64,000 nt of DNA, taken from an uncultured delta proteobacterium (GTDB lineage Bacteria; Desulfobacterota; Desulfomonilia; Desulfomonilales; Desulfomonilaceae). Position 1 is the first letter of the stretch; the number at the start of each line of letters is the position of its first letter. The translations under genes and the position numbers were made by a program. The DNA lies in assembly GCA_963789265.1 (NCBI GenBank), contig CAWBKB010000003.1:704001-768000 (forward strand). Reading direction: 5' to 3'. This document shows positions 10,857 through 20,972 of the stretch, in pieces. Below the pieces are notes generated by a model. It was not told the DNA's origin. It did not search any database and saw only the letters and a list, made by a program, of their open reading frames with translations.

Positions 10857-12555
10857 ATGGAAAAGATCTGGCAAAAACAGTACGTTAAGAGAGTGCCGAA
10901 GACGATCCAGTTCGACGAGACCACCTTACCGGAAGCACTCACCAGGACCGCTTCCAGATTCCCGGACAACCCCGCACTTATTTTCCGTGGAACGACAGTA
11001 ACCTATCGCGAACTGGAAGACATGGCCTCCCGATTCGCTGGGGCATTGTCAGCCATGGGTCTTAAGCGGGGCGGAAAAGTTTCTCTCATTATGCCTAACC
11101 TCATTCAGGCCGTTGTGGCCATTTACGGCACACTTCGAGCCGGCGGCATTGTGGTGACCCACAACCCTCGAAATGATGACATGCAGTTCGAATTCCAGAT
11201 GAACAACGCTGGTTCTGAGATGGTTGTATGCTTGGACGTTCTTGTACCTAGGATTATTAACATTAGAAAACGGACTGGTGTTAAGAAGATCATTTCCTGC
11301 CATATTCGCGACTATCTCCCATTTCTTGCAAAAAAGCTCTTTCCCTTGGTGAAGAAAGAGCTACATCTAAAGACTCCGACAGGGGGGGATGTCTTCGAGT
11401 TTACAGAAACTCATGGACAGTAATAAGCCTTCTTCCCAACCGGCTCACGCACGGATGGATGACACGGCCTTTATTCTTTACACCAGCGCCACCACCGGTA
11501 AGGCAAAGGGAGTGGAGCTGACCCATGGCAATGCTTCGATAAATGTGCAGCAACTCCGTTGCTGGTTTCCCGGCTTCGTAGACGGACATGAGACAGTGGT
11601 TGCGTGTCTGCCTTTCTTCCATGTCTTCGGGCTTACTTGTGCACTAAATACTGGCATTTTCTACGGTTATGCAGTGATTCTCGTTCCGCTTCCCGAACCG
11701 AAAAGCATTCTTGAAGCCATCCACACTTACAAGGCAACCTATGTTCCTGCTCTTCCCAGTTGGTACACGGGCATGATAAACGATCCCAGCTTAAAGAAAT
11801 ATGATCTCAGATCCCTTAAAGGGTGCTTTTCCGGCGCGTCTCCACTGCCGCGCGAGATCATACGCTCATTCGAGAAACTGACAGGAGCCCAGATTTGTGA
11901 GGGATACGGCCTCACCGAATGCTCGCCGGTCAGCCATATCAATCCATTTGGCGGAAAGACAAAGCCGGGGACAATAGGTCTTCCGCTCCCAAACACCGAT
12001 GCAAAAATCGTGGATGTGGACGACCACACTATAGAAATTGCCACTCCCGGCGAGCCGGGCGAGTTGTGTGTAAGAGGGCCGCAAGTCATGAAGGGGTACA
12101 TTAACCTCCCTGAAGCGACTCAAGCTACAATTAAAGATGGATGGCTTCTTACAGGTGACATTGTAACCGTTGACGAAGAGGGTTTCTTCACCGTGGTTAA
12201 CCGCAAAGTGGAGATGATTGTTTCCGGCGGACAGAAGATTTTTCCACGAGAACTGGATGAAGTGCTCTACTCGCACCCGAAGGTCCTCGACGCCTGTGCT
12301 ATCGGAGTCCCCGACGCGGACCGAGGCCAAGTCATAAAGGCCTTTGTGGTATTGAAGAAAGGCGAAAAAGCCACTCCTCAAGAAATCGTTGACTATTGCC
12401 GCAAAAAATTGCCCCCGCTCAAGACTCCTCGATTCGTGATATTCTTGAGCGAGCTTCCGCGGACCCCCGTAGGAAAAGTTTTGCGGAGAGAACTAAAGAG
12501 ACTGCATCTTGTGCAGTCTGCCGCGATCCAGCCGAAGCATACACATTTGGAGTAA
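10857..12555 (+). CDS. long-chain fatty acid-CoA ligase, +1 frameshift near 11407
   Basis: YTSATTGKAKG, EGYGLTECSP, GELCVRGPQVMKGY, TGD, LPRTPVGKVLRR in overlapping ORFs 10857..11423 and 11389..12555. Confidence 0.9.
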
Positions 12556-12557
12556 AA

Positions 12558-13382
12558 ATGAATCTGTTTGTTGTCGATGAGGAAAAATGCCAACGAGATG
12601 GCTTCTGCGTAGCAGAGTGCCCCGGCGGACTAATTGAAATCAAAGAAGAAGGGGCTTTCCCATCGCCCATCGCAGGAGCGCAGGAATTGTGCATAGACTG
12701 CGGCCATTGTGTGGCAGTTTGTCCCGCCGCCGCGTTATCTCACAGGAGCATGACGCCGAAAGATTGCCCGTCAGTCCAAAGACAACTTTTCCTGGGCCCG
12801 GAGCATGCCGAGCATTTTTTGCGGGCGAGACGGTCCATTCGGAACTATAAAAACAAACCCGTAGATCGAGCCATTCTGACTCGACTGATTGAAATTGCGC
12901 GATTTGCGCCATCAGCCCACAACTTGCAGCCCGTGAACTGGCTTGTGATCGAAGACGAGACAGAGGTCAGACGACTTGGTGGGCTTGTAATTGACTGGAT
13001 GAGGCTGATGATAGGAGAACACCCTGAAGTGGCGGAGCCCATGCACTTCAACAGAGTAGTTGAAGCATGGGAACGGGGACGAGACAGGATTCTTCGTGGT
13101 GCTCCGCACCTCATTGTGGCGCACGGTCCTCAGTCAATGCCGATAGTGCAGTCAGCCTGTATCATCGCCCTAACATATATGGATCTGGCGGCTCCCCCTT
13201 TCGGTCTTGGGACGTGCTGGGCAGGCTACTTCAATGCAGCCGCCACGTCTTACCCTCCTATGCAAGAGGCATTGGCTCTTCCGGAGAACCACCAATGCTA
13301 TGGCGCCTTGATGGTGGGATACCCAAAATATCAGTACCAAAGGCTTCCCTTGAGAAAAGAACCAAGCATCTCTTGGAGATGA
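12558..13382 (+). CDS. ferredoxin-nitroreductase fusion protein
   Basis: CQRDGFCVAECP and CIDCGHCVAVCP followed by RRSIRNY, APSAHNLQP, LGTCWAG. Confidence 0.92.
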   Translation: MNLFVVDEEKCQRDGFCVAECPGGLIEIKEEGAFPSPIAGAQELCIDCGHCVAVCPAAALSHRSMTPKDCPSVQRQLFLGPEHAEHFLRARRSIRNYKNKPVDRAILTRLIEIARFAPSAHNLQPVNWLVIEDETEVRRLGGLVIDWMRLMIGEHPEVAEPMHFNRVVEAWERGRDRILRGAPHLIVAHGPQSMPIVQSACIIALTYMDLAAPPFGLGTCWAGYFNAAATSYPPMQEALALPENHQCYGALMVGYPKYQYQRLPLRKEPSISWR

Positions 13383-13403
13383 TGTAATGGCTGGCCCTTG
13401 GTC

Positions 13404-13624
13404 AGCTCGCATGGGATGTGGTGAATCCCGCTTCCAGCGGAATGAACCGCATCGCTCGCGCTCCGAAACGGCCGAAACAAGTGAGTTGATTCATTGTGAA
13501 AACAAAAGGCTCAGAGCAGGCGAGCAGGACAGCATTCGACCACCCGCTCACCGGCCTTAAAGCCCTTTTCCGCGCAGGATGCGGTTCCCCCGCGTCTAGC
13601 GGGGTTCACCACATCCTGCGAGCT
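13404..13624. mobile_element. family-D MITE with ~27-bp TIR
   Basis: AGCTCGCATGGGATGTGGTGAATCCCGCT / AGCGGGGTTCACCACATCCTGCGAGCT. Confidence 0.65.
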
Positions 13625-13909
13625 AAGTACAGGTTTTCATAAATTCGGTCACGTATCTTCACGGTGGAGATTGCTTCGTCGTTTCATTCCTCGCAATGAC
13701 ATTTCTACTATCTGTCATTGCGAGCGCAGCGAAGCAATCTTCTTCCGTAACCGGTTCTTAACGAGACCGTATCCTGGTACCGTAGCCGCCATTCCCGAGT
13801 ACGCGGGAATCCAGTAGGACCGGCCTCCGTGCCGGTTTTTCGCGAAACGCCGGCAGGGACGCCAGCGCTACCGTGCAGTTGGCACCGTAATTATGAAATT
13901 CTGTACTAA
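13624..13909. mobile_element. family-C MITE (GTACAGGTTTTCATAA TIR) carrying REP hairpins
   Basis: TIR flanked by TAA on both sides; internal GTCATTGCGAG/GATTGCTTCG and GTAGGACCGGCCTCCGTGCCGG units; same end at 39110-39133. Confidence 0.7.
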
Positions 13910-13911
13910 GC

Positions 13912-14125
13912 TTAGAGAATCACCCCGACAAGACCGCAATGGGCCGTATCGAGAAGAGATTCGATTTCCTCGGGTATCACTTCAGTCCGCAAGTACTGTC
14001 CCTCGCGCAGAAGACCATCGACAATTTCGTCGAAAAAGCGCTCCGGCTTTATGAGCAAGAGTCGCCCCATCGAAGGATGAAGCGGCTTGGAGAGTACAGG
14101 CCATAGGTGGGCAGGGTGGGCTCTG
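13912..14125 (+). pseudogene. C-terminal fragment of a reverse transcriptase
   Basis: Manual translation LENHPDKTAMGRIEKRFDFLGYHFSPQVLSLAQKTIDNFVEKALRLYEQ...RLGEY, then RWAGW in the next frame; HPDKT...FDFLGY is the RT region-7 signature; no start codon. Confidence 0.75.
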
Positions 14126-14150
14126 AGCGTCAGAAGGACCCGTGGTCTCA

Positions 14151-15600
14151 TCACGGACTGACCACAAAAGACACTCCACCCCCCGGAGCGAAAGTAAGGT
14201 CCTCCGCACTGTCAACTCTAACGGTGTCCGCGGTGCCGGGTGAGCCTGAACCCGAACTGCCGAACAGGACGCTAGTGTGCCCCGATTGTCCGGAAATGGT
14301 CGGGGTAGGGGGAACGACGGGCCTAAACCGGAAAAAGATGGTCGCGTGCGTGGTCAAAAGGACAGCGGGGATGGCAACGGGGGGTCCGGTGTATCCACAC
14401 CAGTATATGGTTACGGACGATGCCGAGGTGATGACCACGGGGGGATTATCTACTGAGTTGAACGTGAAGGGAATGATGGTGGTCCGCTTCACAGTGTACC
14501 CGGGAAGGATGCAGCCCTGGCTACCGCGGGCCAACACCGCTGAGGAAGGCTGGTGCCAATCCCTCTTCACCGGCTGGACCAACATATAACGGAGACTACG
14601 GGGACTCTTGAAAATGGGCTCTGGTGTGGTAAAAGGGCTCTCACCCCTGAAGATATTCTCAAATTGGAATCCTATATTGACGAATCCTCCCACTTCCTGG
14701 TACGTGTCATTCACCTTGTCGTGCCCCACCTTATACCGGAGGACGAACATTGCGTCCCGTGACCAGAGTTCCGCACCCCCGTTCCAGCCGTACACGCTGT
14801 TCCCGATATCAAACTTGTACCCGGTGGCGCTCAGACGGAGATCAGGACCGCCATTCCAAAGCTCATGCGAATATCCTGCCTGAAAATCAAAGTTTGATGG
14901 ACCGTACCTGAATGCGTTGATAATCACATTGCTGTTGAAGAGCTGCCCGTACCAGTTGAAATTGAAATCGAGCGCGTCACTACCCATCAGCGCGGCCATT
15001 TCAAACCCGAGCCCCCCGGATGAATACCAGGTTCCACCCAAACGGGAGGTATCGTAAAAACCGTTTACGCCAAGGAGAGTGTCGCGTCTCAGGAACGTAC
15101 GGAACCCGCCGCCGAAAGACATATCGACCCGGTTATTGAAGCTGCTGTTCGTGGTTCCGCTTGTGAATCCGGATCTCAATGTATTCCAGAAATCCTGGAA
15201 TTCCGTGTGAGCCTCCCCGAATACCTCAGAATCCGCGCTTAAAGTGAACGGCAACAGGTAGTCCGCGGTGAAACGGCCCGAGTTGACCCTATTGTTGCCG
15301 AAATCGTACAGAGTCCCCGAACTGAAGATTGGGAATTAAAGGCAGGATACCTCTGAGCATGCCGTCGGAGATATACAGCGATTGGGGTCCACTGGGAGCC
15401 CCGAGGCTACCCGGTAATCCCAAGGGATTAGACGGTGCCACATCGAGTCCTCCACCAGGGGGGCCACCTCTCAGTGCATTGGGAGCGCTGTACGGCGATT
15501 GTTGCAGACCTTGTGCGTACACAACGGAGGAGAGAGCGCAAGATAAAAGAAGGGCCAAATGCAGGACGAGGATTAGCCGTCCGATTGAACGCGACCCCAT
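14151..15600 (-). CDS. inverse-autotransporter-like beta-domain outer-membrane protein, +1 frameshift near 15316
   Basis: Signal peptide (ORF 15289..15666 from M at 15600), then LLGVNGFYD, GLGFEMA, LVQPVKRDW (intimin/invasin barrel-like) and a Ser/Thr/Pro-rich passenger. Confidence 0.7.
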
Positions 15601-15659
15601 ACCATGCCTCCTCTGTGCTAAGGGCTCTTGAGACCTCTCAATGCAAACCGCAACGTACA

Positions 15660-15808
15660 CATTCACTTACGCGAGGCACCTTTTGTCCCTTGTCATTGCG
15701 AGGAGTGCAGCGACGAAGCAATCTAATTGGCGTTTAAAGGAAAAGGTTGCTTCGTCCCGCGAGACGCGGGACTCGCAATGACAATCTTTCGCCGCTCATA
15801 ACTGAATG
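15660..15808. repeat. family-A shell with GTCATTGCGAG...CTCGCAATGAC REP
   Basis: CATTCACTTAC...ATAACTGAATG ends; near-copy at 15941. Confidence 0.75.
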
Positions 15809-15940
15809 ATTACACCGCAAAGGCCTCCCCAACCGAGCATGATCTCAAGGCCCATCAAATAGAAATTACAGGAACTTTCCGGGCAAAGTTTAGATTACTG
15901 GGGCGAAAGAAGTCAAGAAAATTGAGAGGTTCGGAGCAGC

Positions 15941-16075
15941 CATTCAGTTACGCGGGGGAGTTGTCGGTTCCCTGTCATTGCGAGGAGTGAAACGACGAAG
16001 CAATCTAAGGTCTTAGCGGAAAGGATTGCTTCGCTTCGCTCGCAATGACAATCTTTTGCCGCTCGTAACTGAGAG
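15941..16075. repeat. family-A shell with GTCATTGCGAG...CTCGCAATGAC REP
   Basis: CATTCAGTTAC...GTAACTGAGAG ends and internal palindrome. Confidence 0.75.
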
Positions 16076-16226
16076 ATTGAGGTTAGGACTGAAGGCACCT
16101 CACAATTCGTGAGAAGGTATGTTTCACAGATAGTTCAGGATAGTTTGAAATGGTTATCGCCAATAGCCGGAACAATCCGAATCTTTTTTCCCGCTGAACC
16201 GTTACCGGATATGATTGCTTGGTGCA

Positions 16227-16430
16227 TCAGAGCCCCAATTTTTTCTTGACTTCATCCAGAGTGTAAGTCTTTTCCTTCCCGTCCTGACCCCTTTTCATAA
16301 CAACTAATGCGTCGATGAGGTCTTCCCTATCTTTCGGGTCGTCCAACTCGGCCAACGCTTTCCGGACCTCCGGGTCCTTCAATATTTCGCGCTCTTCCGT
16401 CCCTCTGGGATCCAATATAGGCACAGGCAT
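16227..16430 (-). CDS. small antitoxin-like protein
   Basis: 67 aa, acidic, ends EDLIDAL...KTYTLDEVKKKLGL, a pattern typical of RelB-like antitoxins; AGGAAG RBS. Confidence 0.55.
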   Translation of the reverse strand: MPVPILDPRGTEEREILKDPEVRKALAELDDPKDREDLIDALVVMKRGQDGKEKTYTLDEVKKKLGL

Positions 16431-16793
16431 GAGAACTTCCTGTGAAAGATATTATCATAAGACACCGCCACTCCACAGATGGTTCATTGGCCCATCGTCC
16501 TTCCACTTGGACCCAACATGAACGCAGGCTGGTCACACGGCCCACGAGATCGGCATATTCGCGCACTGACGGACATAGCGCTCCCTTCCCTCCGCTTTTC
16601 GCCGGCCCCCATCGCCGCGTGCTGGTCCTGCTCACGCTTGCCGAGTTTCATCACCATTATTAATCTATGAGCACGATTAGACGAATCGGCTGTCTAATTA
16701 TACAGGAAGGCGTATTAAAGCTCGCCGACCGAGAGGCAGGCAGCAGGCACGGCAGCGGAGTGGAAAAAGTATTTCAACAGAAAGGATCGGAAA

Positions 16794-16976
16794 ATGGTAC
16801 GAGTTGAATTCAGCGAGGAGGAAGCAGCGCTGGTAAGGGAGATCCTGGAAAGTTACGTTTCAGAGTTGGGTGCGGAGATCCACAAAACGGACACGTTTTC
16901 TTTCCGAAGCCATCTGAAACACGATAAGGCGGTCATTATGGACATCATTGGTCGCATGCACAAGTTGGCCGCGTGA
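16794..16976 (+). CDS. small hypothetical protein
   Basis: 60 aa with AAAGGA RBS and amphipathic helical pattern. Confidence 0.65.
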   Translation: MVRVEFSEEEAALVREILESYVSELGAEIHKTDTFSFRSHLKHDKAVIMDIIGRMHKLAA

Positions 16977-17082
16977 CAATTGACTTTTCGCTCTCTTCGA
17001 GCCGGACCTCTGTTTCGAGATGTGGAGGTCGTTCCGACGGATGCGGGCAGGTGGTTACCTGCCCTTGTTCTTTTAACGCTAC

Positions 17083-17622
17083 TTATTTGACAACCTTCAG
17101 CATCTGTTTGAATTTGTCGCCTTCCGCCACTTTCAACAATTCGAATAAGGCGGTTTCTGCGCTGGTCAGCGAAGCGCCAAGTTCTTTGCATCGCTCCAGG
17201 CCGATGTTCCTGTTGGCTAATGTTCGCGAAGAGACTGCATCCGTTACCACTTGCACCTCGCACTCCAGGTCGATCAGATCCGCGGCGGTCTGATAGACGC
17301 ATACGTGTGACTCAATGCCGCAGAGCAGGGCTTGTTTGCGATTTAGCTTCAGTAGTTGCTGCATGAAGCGCGGCTCGCCACAGCAACTGAAACTCGACTT
17401 ACTGATTGGCTTAGTATCGGAGAGCAGTTCAGCGACTTCCGGCACGGTAGGTCCGAGACCGCGGGGGTTTTGCTCTGTCCAAAGAATCGGCAAACCGAGA
17501 ATTTTGGCCCCCTGAACCATCTTAGCCGCGTTTTCGACTAGCACTTGCTGTTCGTGCATGGCTTGCACGAGTTTTTCCTGAAGATCGACCACCAGCAGAA
17601 CGGCCTGTTCCCGGATCAGCAT
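17083..17622 (-). CDS. isochorismatase-family cysteine hydrolase
   Basis: LLVVDLQEKL, TEQNPRGLGPT, KSSFSC, GIESHVCVYQT, DAVSSR. Confidence 0.92.
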   Translation of the reverse strand: MLIREQAVLLVVDLQEKLVQAMHEQQVLVENAAKMVQGAKILGLPILWTEQNPRGLGPTVPEVAELLSDTKPISKSSFSCCGEPRFMQQLLKLNRKQALLCGIESHVCVYQTAADLIDLECEVQVVTDAVSSRTLANRNIGLERCKELGASLTSAETALFELLKVAEGDKFKQMLKVVK

Positions 17623-17889
17623 CTACTCGCTTCCCTCCGTCTTTTCACCGGCTTGCCCGCCTTCTGAGATTTTGGACAAAACTGTTTGCTTACCCTTTGC
17701 GCTGAGTTTCAACGCGGCCACGTTGCCACATTTTGCGCAAACTTTTGCCCTGGGTATCGCTTCGTCATTAAGTAATTTCCGGATCTTCTCGTAGTTCGTC
17801 TTGATTAAAGTCATGCCGCAAAATGGGCATTCCATAACGATCCGGGTTTCATAAAATAGCATTTTTGCGCGTCTGATCTTCGGCGACAT
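17623..17889 (-). CDS. small zinc-ribbon-like protein (start may be 17862 or 17835)
   Basis: CPFC...CAKC pairs. Confidence 0.6.
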   Translation of the reverse strand: MSPKIRRAKMLFYETRIVMECPFCGMTLIKTNYEKIRKLLNDEAIPRAKVCAKCGNVAALKLSAKGKQTVLSKISEGGQAGEKTEGSE

Positions 17890-17942
17890 GTGCTCACACG
17901 ATTCTAAGCGGCACCGTCTACCGCCTTCTGAGTTAGATCAGG

Positions 17943-18767
17943 CTATTTGTTTGCAGAAGTATGGCCCGGCTCAGTTCCCAGGATATTCAGAGGCGACTTA
18001 CCCCCTTCCGCCTCTCCGGTCACATATCCGAACTCATCCTTCACGATTTCCGCAACTTTTTTGTAAAGTGTCCTTAAAGGAATGTCTGACGGGCATGTCT
18101 CCGTGCACAAATTACAATCTATGCACCTTCCGGCCATGTGAACAGCACGGATAATATGGAACATAGGGTTCTCGGGAGGTAAATCTCCGGTTCTGATCAG
18201 CTTGTCATCTTCAAGCGAACAAACGTTGCAAAAACACACCGGGCAAACGTTCCGGCAGCCATAACACTTGAGGCAGCGATCGAATTCCCCCATCCAGTAA
18301 GCCAATCGCTCGGAAAGATCTTTTGCCATGACCTGCTCCACACGGGCGCTGGGAACAGGTTCCGCCTTTTCTCCCGCGACAAACGTGTCAGGAAAAGGTT
18401 TGCGACATTCATGAGCGTTAGCCAAGTCCTGCGGGCAGGCTATACCAACCCTGATAATTTTCTCCGTAGAACTGATCTGATTCCATCGCAACAATTCATT
18501 CAAGGCCCTCTCGTCGCAGCCCCGCAACAACACGCCGAAAGCCTTTTCAGGCTCACGGCTCAGCACCGTCATAAAAATGCGCGCGATGGGATAACGGGCA
18601 TCCCCCGGTTCTTCCAAATCGCCCAGACTAAGCCCGTTTTCCAGGTCATCCGCTTTTTCGTAAAGGTACGGAAGGATGTTTCCGTCTTGGTTCTTCAGTC
18701 CCAAGAATCCTGCTATCTTCCCCTCGCTCAAGAGTGTCTTTACGTGGTCTCTTACTTGTTCGATCAT
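17943..18767 (-). CDS. FdhB/FrhB-C (FlxC-like) 4Fe-4S protein
   Basis: RGCDERA, CLKCYGCRNVCPVCFCNVC, HMAGRCIDCNLCTETCP. Confidence 0.85.
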   Translation of the reverse strand: MIEQVRDHVKTLLSEGKIAGFLGLKNQDGNILPYLYEKADDLENGLSLGDLEEPGDARYPIARIFMTVLSREPEKAFGVLLRGCDERALNELLRWNQISSTEKIIRVGIACPQDLANAHECRKPFPDTFVAGEKAEPVPSARVEQVMAKDLSERLAYWMGEFDRCLKCYGCRNVCPVCFCNVCSLEDDKLIRTGDLPPENPMFHIIRAVHMAGRCIDCNLCTETCPSDIPLRTLYKKVAEIVKDEFGYVTGEAEGGKSPLNILGTEPGHTSANK

Positions 18768-18822
18768 TTTATCTCGCAGTCGGCTGTTTGCCGCGATTTC
18801 TATTTCATAAACGCGATCAAGC

Positions 18823-19263
18823 TTATCCGGCCATCTTTATTTTGGAGGTTCCATTAAGGGGCGATGGTCCCAGGGCACGGATTTTCTCGACAAAATCGGT
18901 AACTACTTGAGCATAACGCGGGCCTTCAGCCGAAGAGACCCATTTGAGGACAAGTCTCTCCGGATCCACTCCCGAGAATTCGAGAAGCCTTTTCATGAAA
19001 GCCGTTCTTTTCACCGTCATATAATTACCATACAGGTAATGGCAGTCTCCGACGTGTCAGCCCCCCACAAAGACGCCATCCGCCCCCTTCTGAAAGGCCT
19101 TCAGTATCTGGTGAGGCCCGACGGTGGCGGAACATAGCGTCCTAATGGTCCGGATGTTGGGCGGATATTGCAAGCGACTCACTCCCGCCAAATCCGCACC
19201 TGCGTACGCGCACCAATTGCAAAGAAAGCCGATTATCGTCGGTTCAAATTGTTCGCTGGACAT
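18823..19263 (-). CDS. mvhD: MvhD/FlxD-like [2Fe-2S] subunit, selenoprotein (U69)
   Basis: [13 protein letters not shown]...GG-TGA(19059..19057)-HVGDCHY in frame with ORF 18823..19020; downstream hairpin ATTACC-TGTAT-GGTAAT. Confidence 0.92.
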
Positions 19264-19279
19264 TTCCTTCCTCTTCCGA

Positions 19280-20959
19280 TCATCCCGCAAGGGCCTGTTC
19301 AATCTGTGCATAAATCTGGTCGCTGGAAAAACCCTCGAGTCGAGCGCTCCCCGATGGGCAGGTAGAAGCGCAACCGCCGCATCCTTTGCAGAGCACCTTA
19401 TTTACCCGGCAAACGCCTTCTTCTTCCGAGTAACTGATTGCACCGTACGGGCAAACATCCACACAGCCCAGGCAACCGCAGCACGTATCAGCGTTGATAT
19501 CAGCAGCAACGCCGCTCGTATAAAGCGCTTCCTTGGAAAGCACTCCCGCGGCTCGGGAAGCCGCACCAAGGCCTTGGGAAACCGCCTCCCTTATTGTAGA
19601 CGGGAAACGAGCGTTCCCGCAGAGATACACTCCATCTGTGGCGAAATCCAGAGGCTTCAGCTTCACATGGCCTTCTAGGAAAAAGCCGTTCGCGTTCACA
19701 GGGACTTTTAGCATTGTCGATATGTTCCCAACGTCCTCCTGAGCGATCAACGGGGTAGATAGTACCACCAAGTCCGCAGGGATGGCCATTTCCTTCCCCA
19801 TACGCAGGTGATAGACCCTAACCTGGCCGGCCTCAACCACCGGCGGCCTGTCCGGATCGTAGGTAACGTAGCGGACGCCCATTTCCTTGGATTTCCGGAA
19901 CATGTCTTCGTTCTCGACGCCGTACATCTGCATATCGCGATAGAGGATCGTCAAGGTAGTAGTGGGATCGGCCTCTTTGAGCAGAATTGCATTCTTGACC
20001 GCTGTCATGCAGCAAATGCGGGAGCAATATGTACGCTCTTCACAGCGAGAGCCCACGCACTGGATCATAACCACGTTCTTACGTCCGGGCGCACCTTGTT
20101 TGAGCATGGCTTCCAATTCAAGGTGGGTGACGATCTTTTCGCCATCGTAGTTGAAGAGACCTTCAGGCTTAAGCACTCTCGCGCCCACGGCCACGACGAT
20201 GACCCCAGCGTTGATTTTGCTTTCAGCGCCGTTGTCCGACAGAGTCACGGTGTAATTTCCGACGAAACCCTCCACTTTTTTCACTTGGGCCAGGGTATGA
20301 ATCCTCACTTTGGGATTGGTTTCAAGTCTGGTCTTCAAGTCGTTCACGAGGTTGGCCGGCGGCTCATTAGCGGGCAGGATGAGGTTTAGATCGTTGAGCA
20401 GACCTCCAAGGCGGTCCCGCTTTTCCACAAGGTCAACCTCGTACCCCATGTTACCCAGGGCCAATGTGGCGGACATGCCCGAAACCCCGCCACCTATTAC
20501 GACGGCGCTGTGATACAGGTCAAGCTTGATCCGGCTCAATTCCCGGAGCCTAGCCGCTTTGGCCACGGCCATCCCGATCTGTGCTTTGGCCCTGGCTGTC
20601 GCTTTATCCCCTTCCTTCATGTGGACCCATGAACACTGATCGCGAATATTGGCCATCTCGAAAAGATACGGGTTGAGCCCTGCTTCCTCGCAGGCACTCA
20701 TGAAAAGGGGCTCGTGAGTCCGTGGTGTGCATGATGCAACCACAACTCGGTTAAGGTTTTCCCTCGGAATCGCCTCTTTTATCTCATTTATGCCACCCTC
20801 GGAACAGGTGTACAGATTTTCCTGAGCATAGACTACGTTGGGGAGGGTTTTGGCGTATTCGACCAGTTCCTTCATTTGCAGGTATCCCGCGATATTGGAA
20901 CCACAGTCGCAAATAAAAACACCCACTCGAACGCCGTCAGATTTGGTTTCTGCTTTCAA
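19280..20959 (-). CDS. hdrA: HdrA-like flavoprotein (C-terminal-type module)
   Basis: GVFICDCGSNI, VVASCTPRTHE, ANIRDQCSWVH, GGGVSG, QCVGSR...YCSRICC, two C-terminal ferredoxin motifs. Confidence 0.9.
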   Translation of the reverse strand: MKAETKSDGVRVGVFICDCGSNIAGYLQMKELVEYAKTLPNVVYAQENLYTCSEGGINEIKEAIPRENLNRVVVASCTPRTHEPLFMSACEEAGLNPYLFEMANIRDQCSWVHMKEGDKATARAKAQIGMAVAKAARLRELSRIKLDLYHSAVVIGGGVSGMSATLALGNMGYEVDLVEKRDRLGGLLNDLNLILPANEPPANLVNDLKTRLETNPKVRIHTLAQVKKVEGFVGNYTVTLSDNGAESKINAGVIVVAVGARVLKPEGLFNYDGEKIVTHLELEAMLKQGAPGRKNVVMIQCVGSRCEERTYCSRICCMTAVKNAILLKEADPTTTLTILYRDMQMYGVENEDMFRKSKEMGVRYVTYDPDRPPVVEAGQVRVYHLRMGKEMAIPADLVVLSTPLIAQEDVGNISTMLKVPVNANGFFLEGHVKLKPLDFATDGVYLCGNARFPSTIREAVSQGLGAASRAAGVLSKEALYTSGVAADINADTCCGCLGCVDVCPYGAISYSEEEGVCRVNKVLCKGCGGCASTCPSGSARLEGFSSDQIYAQIEQALAG

Positions 20960-20972
20960 TCTACTCTCTCCC

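Noticed and set aside
13912..15600. Diversity-generating retroelement (RT next to a surface protein)
   Set aside because: The RT is a short non-catalytic fragment; no template/variable repeat pair or accessory gene seen.
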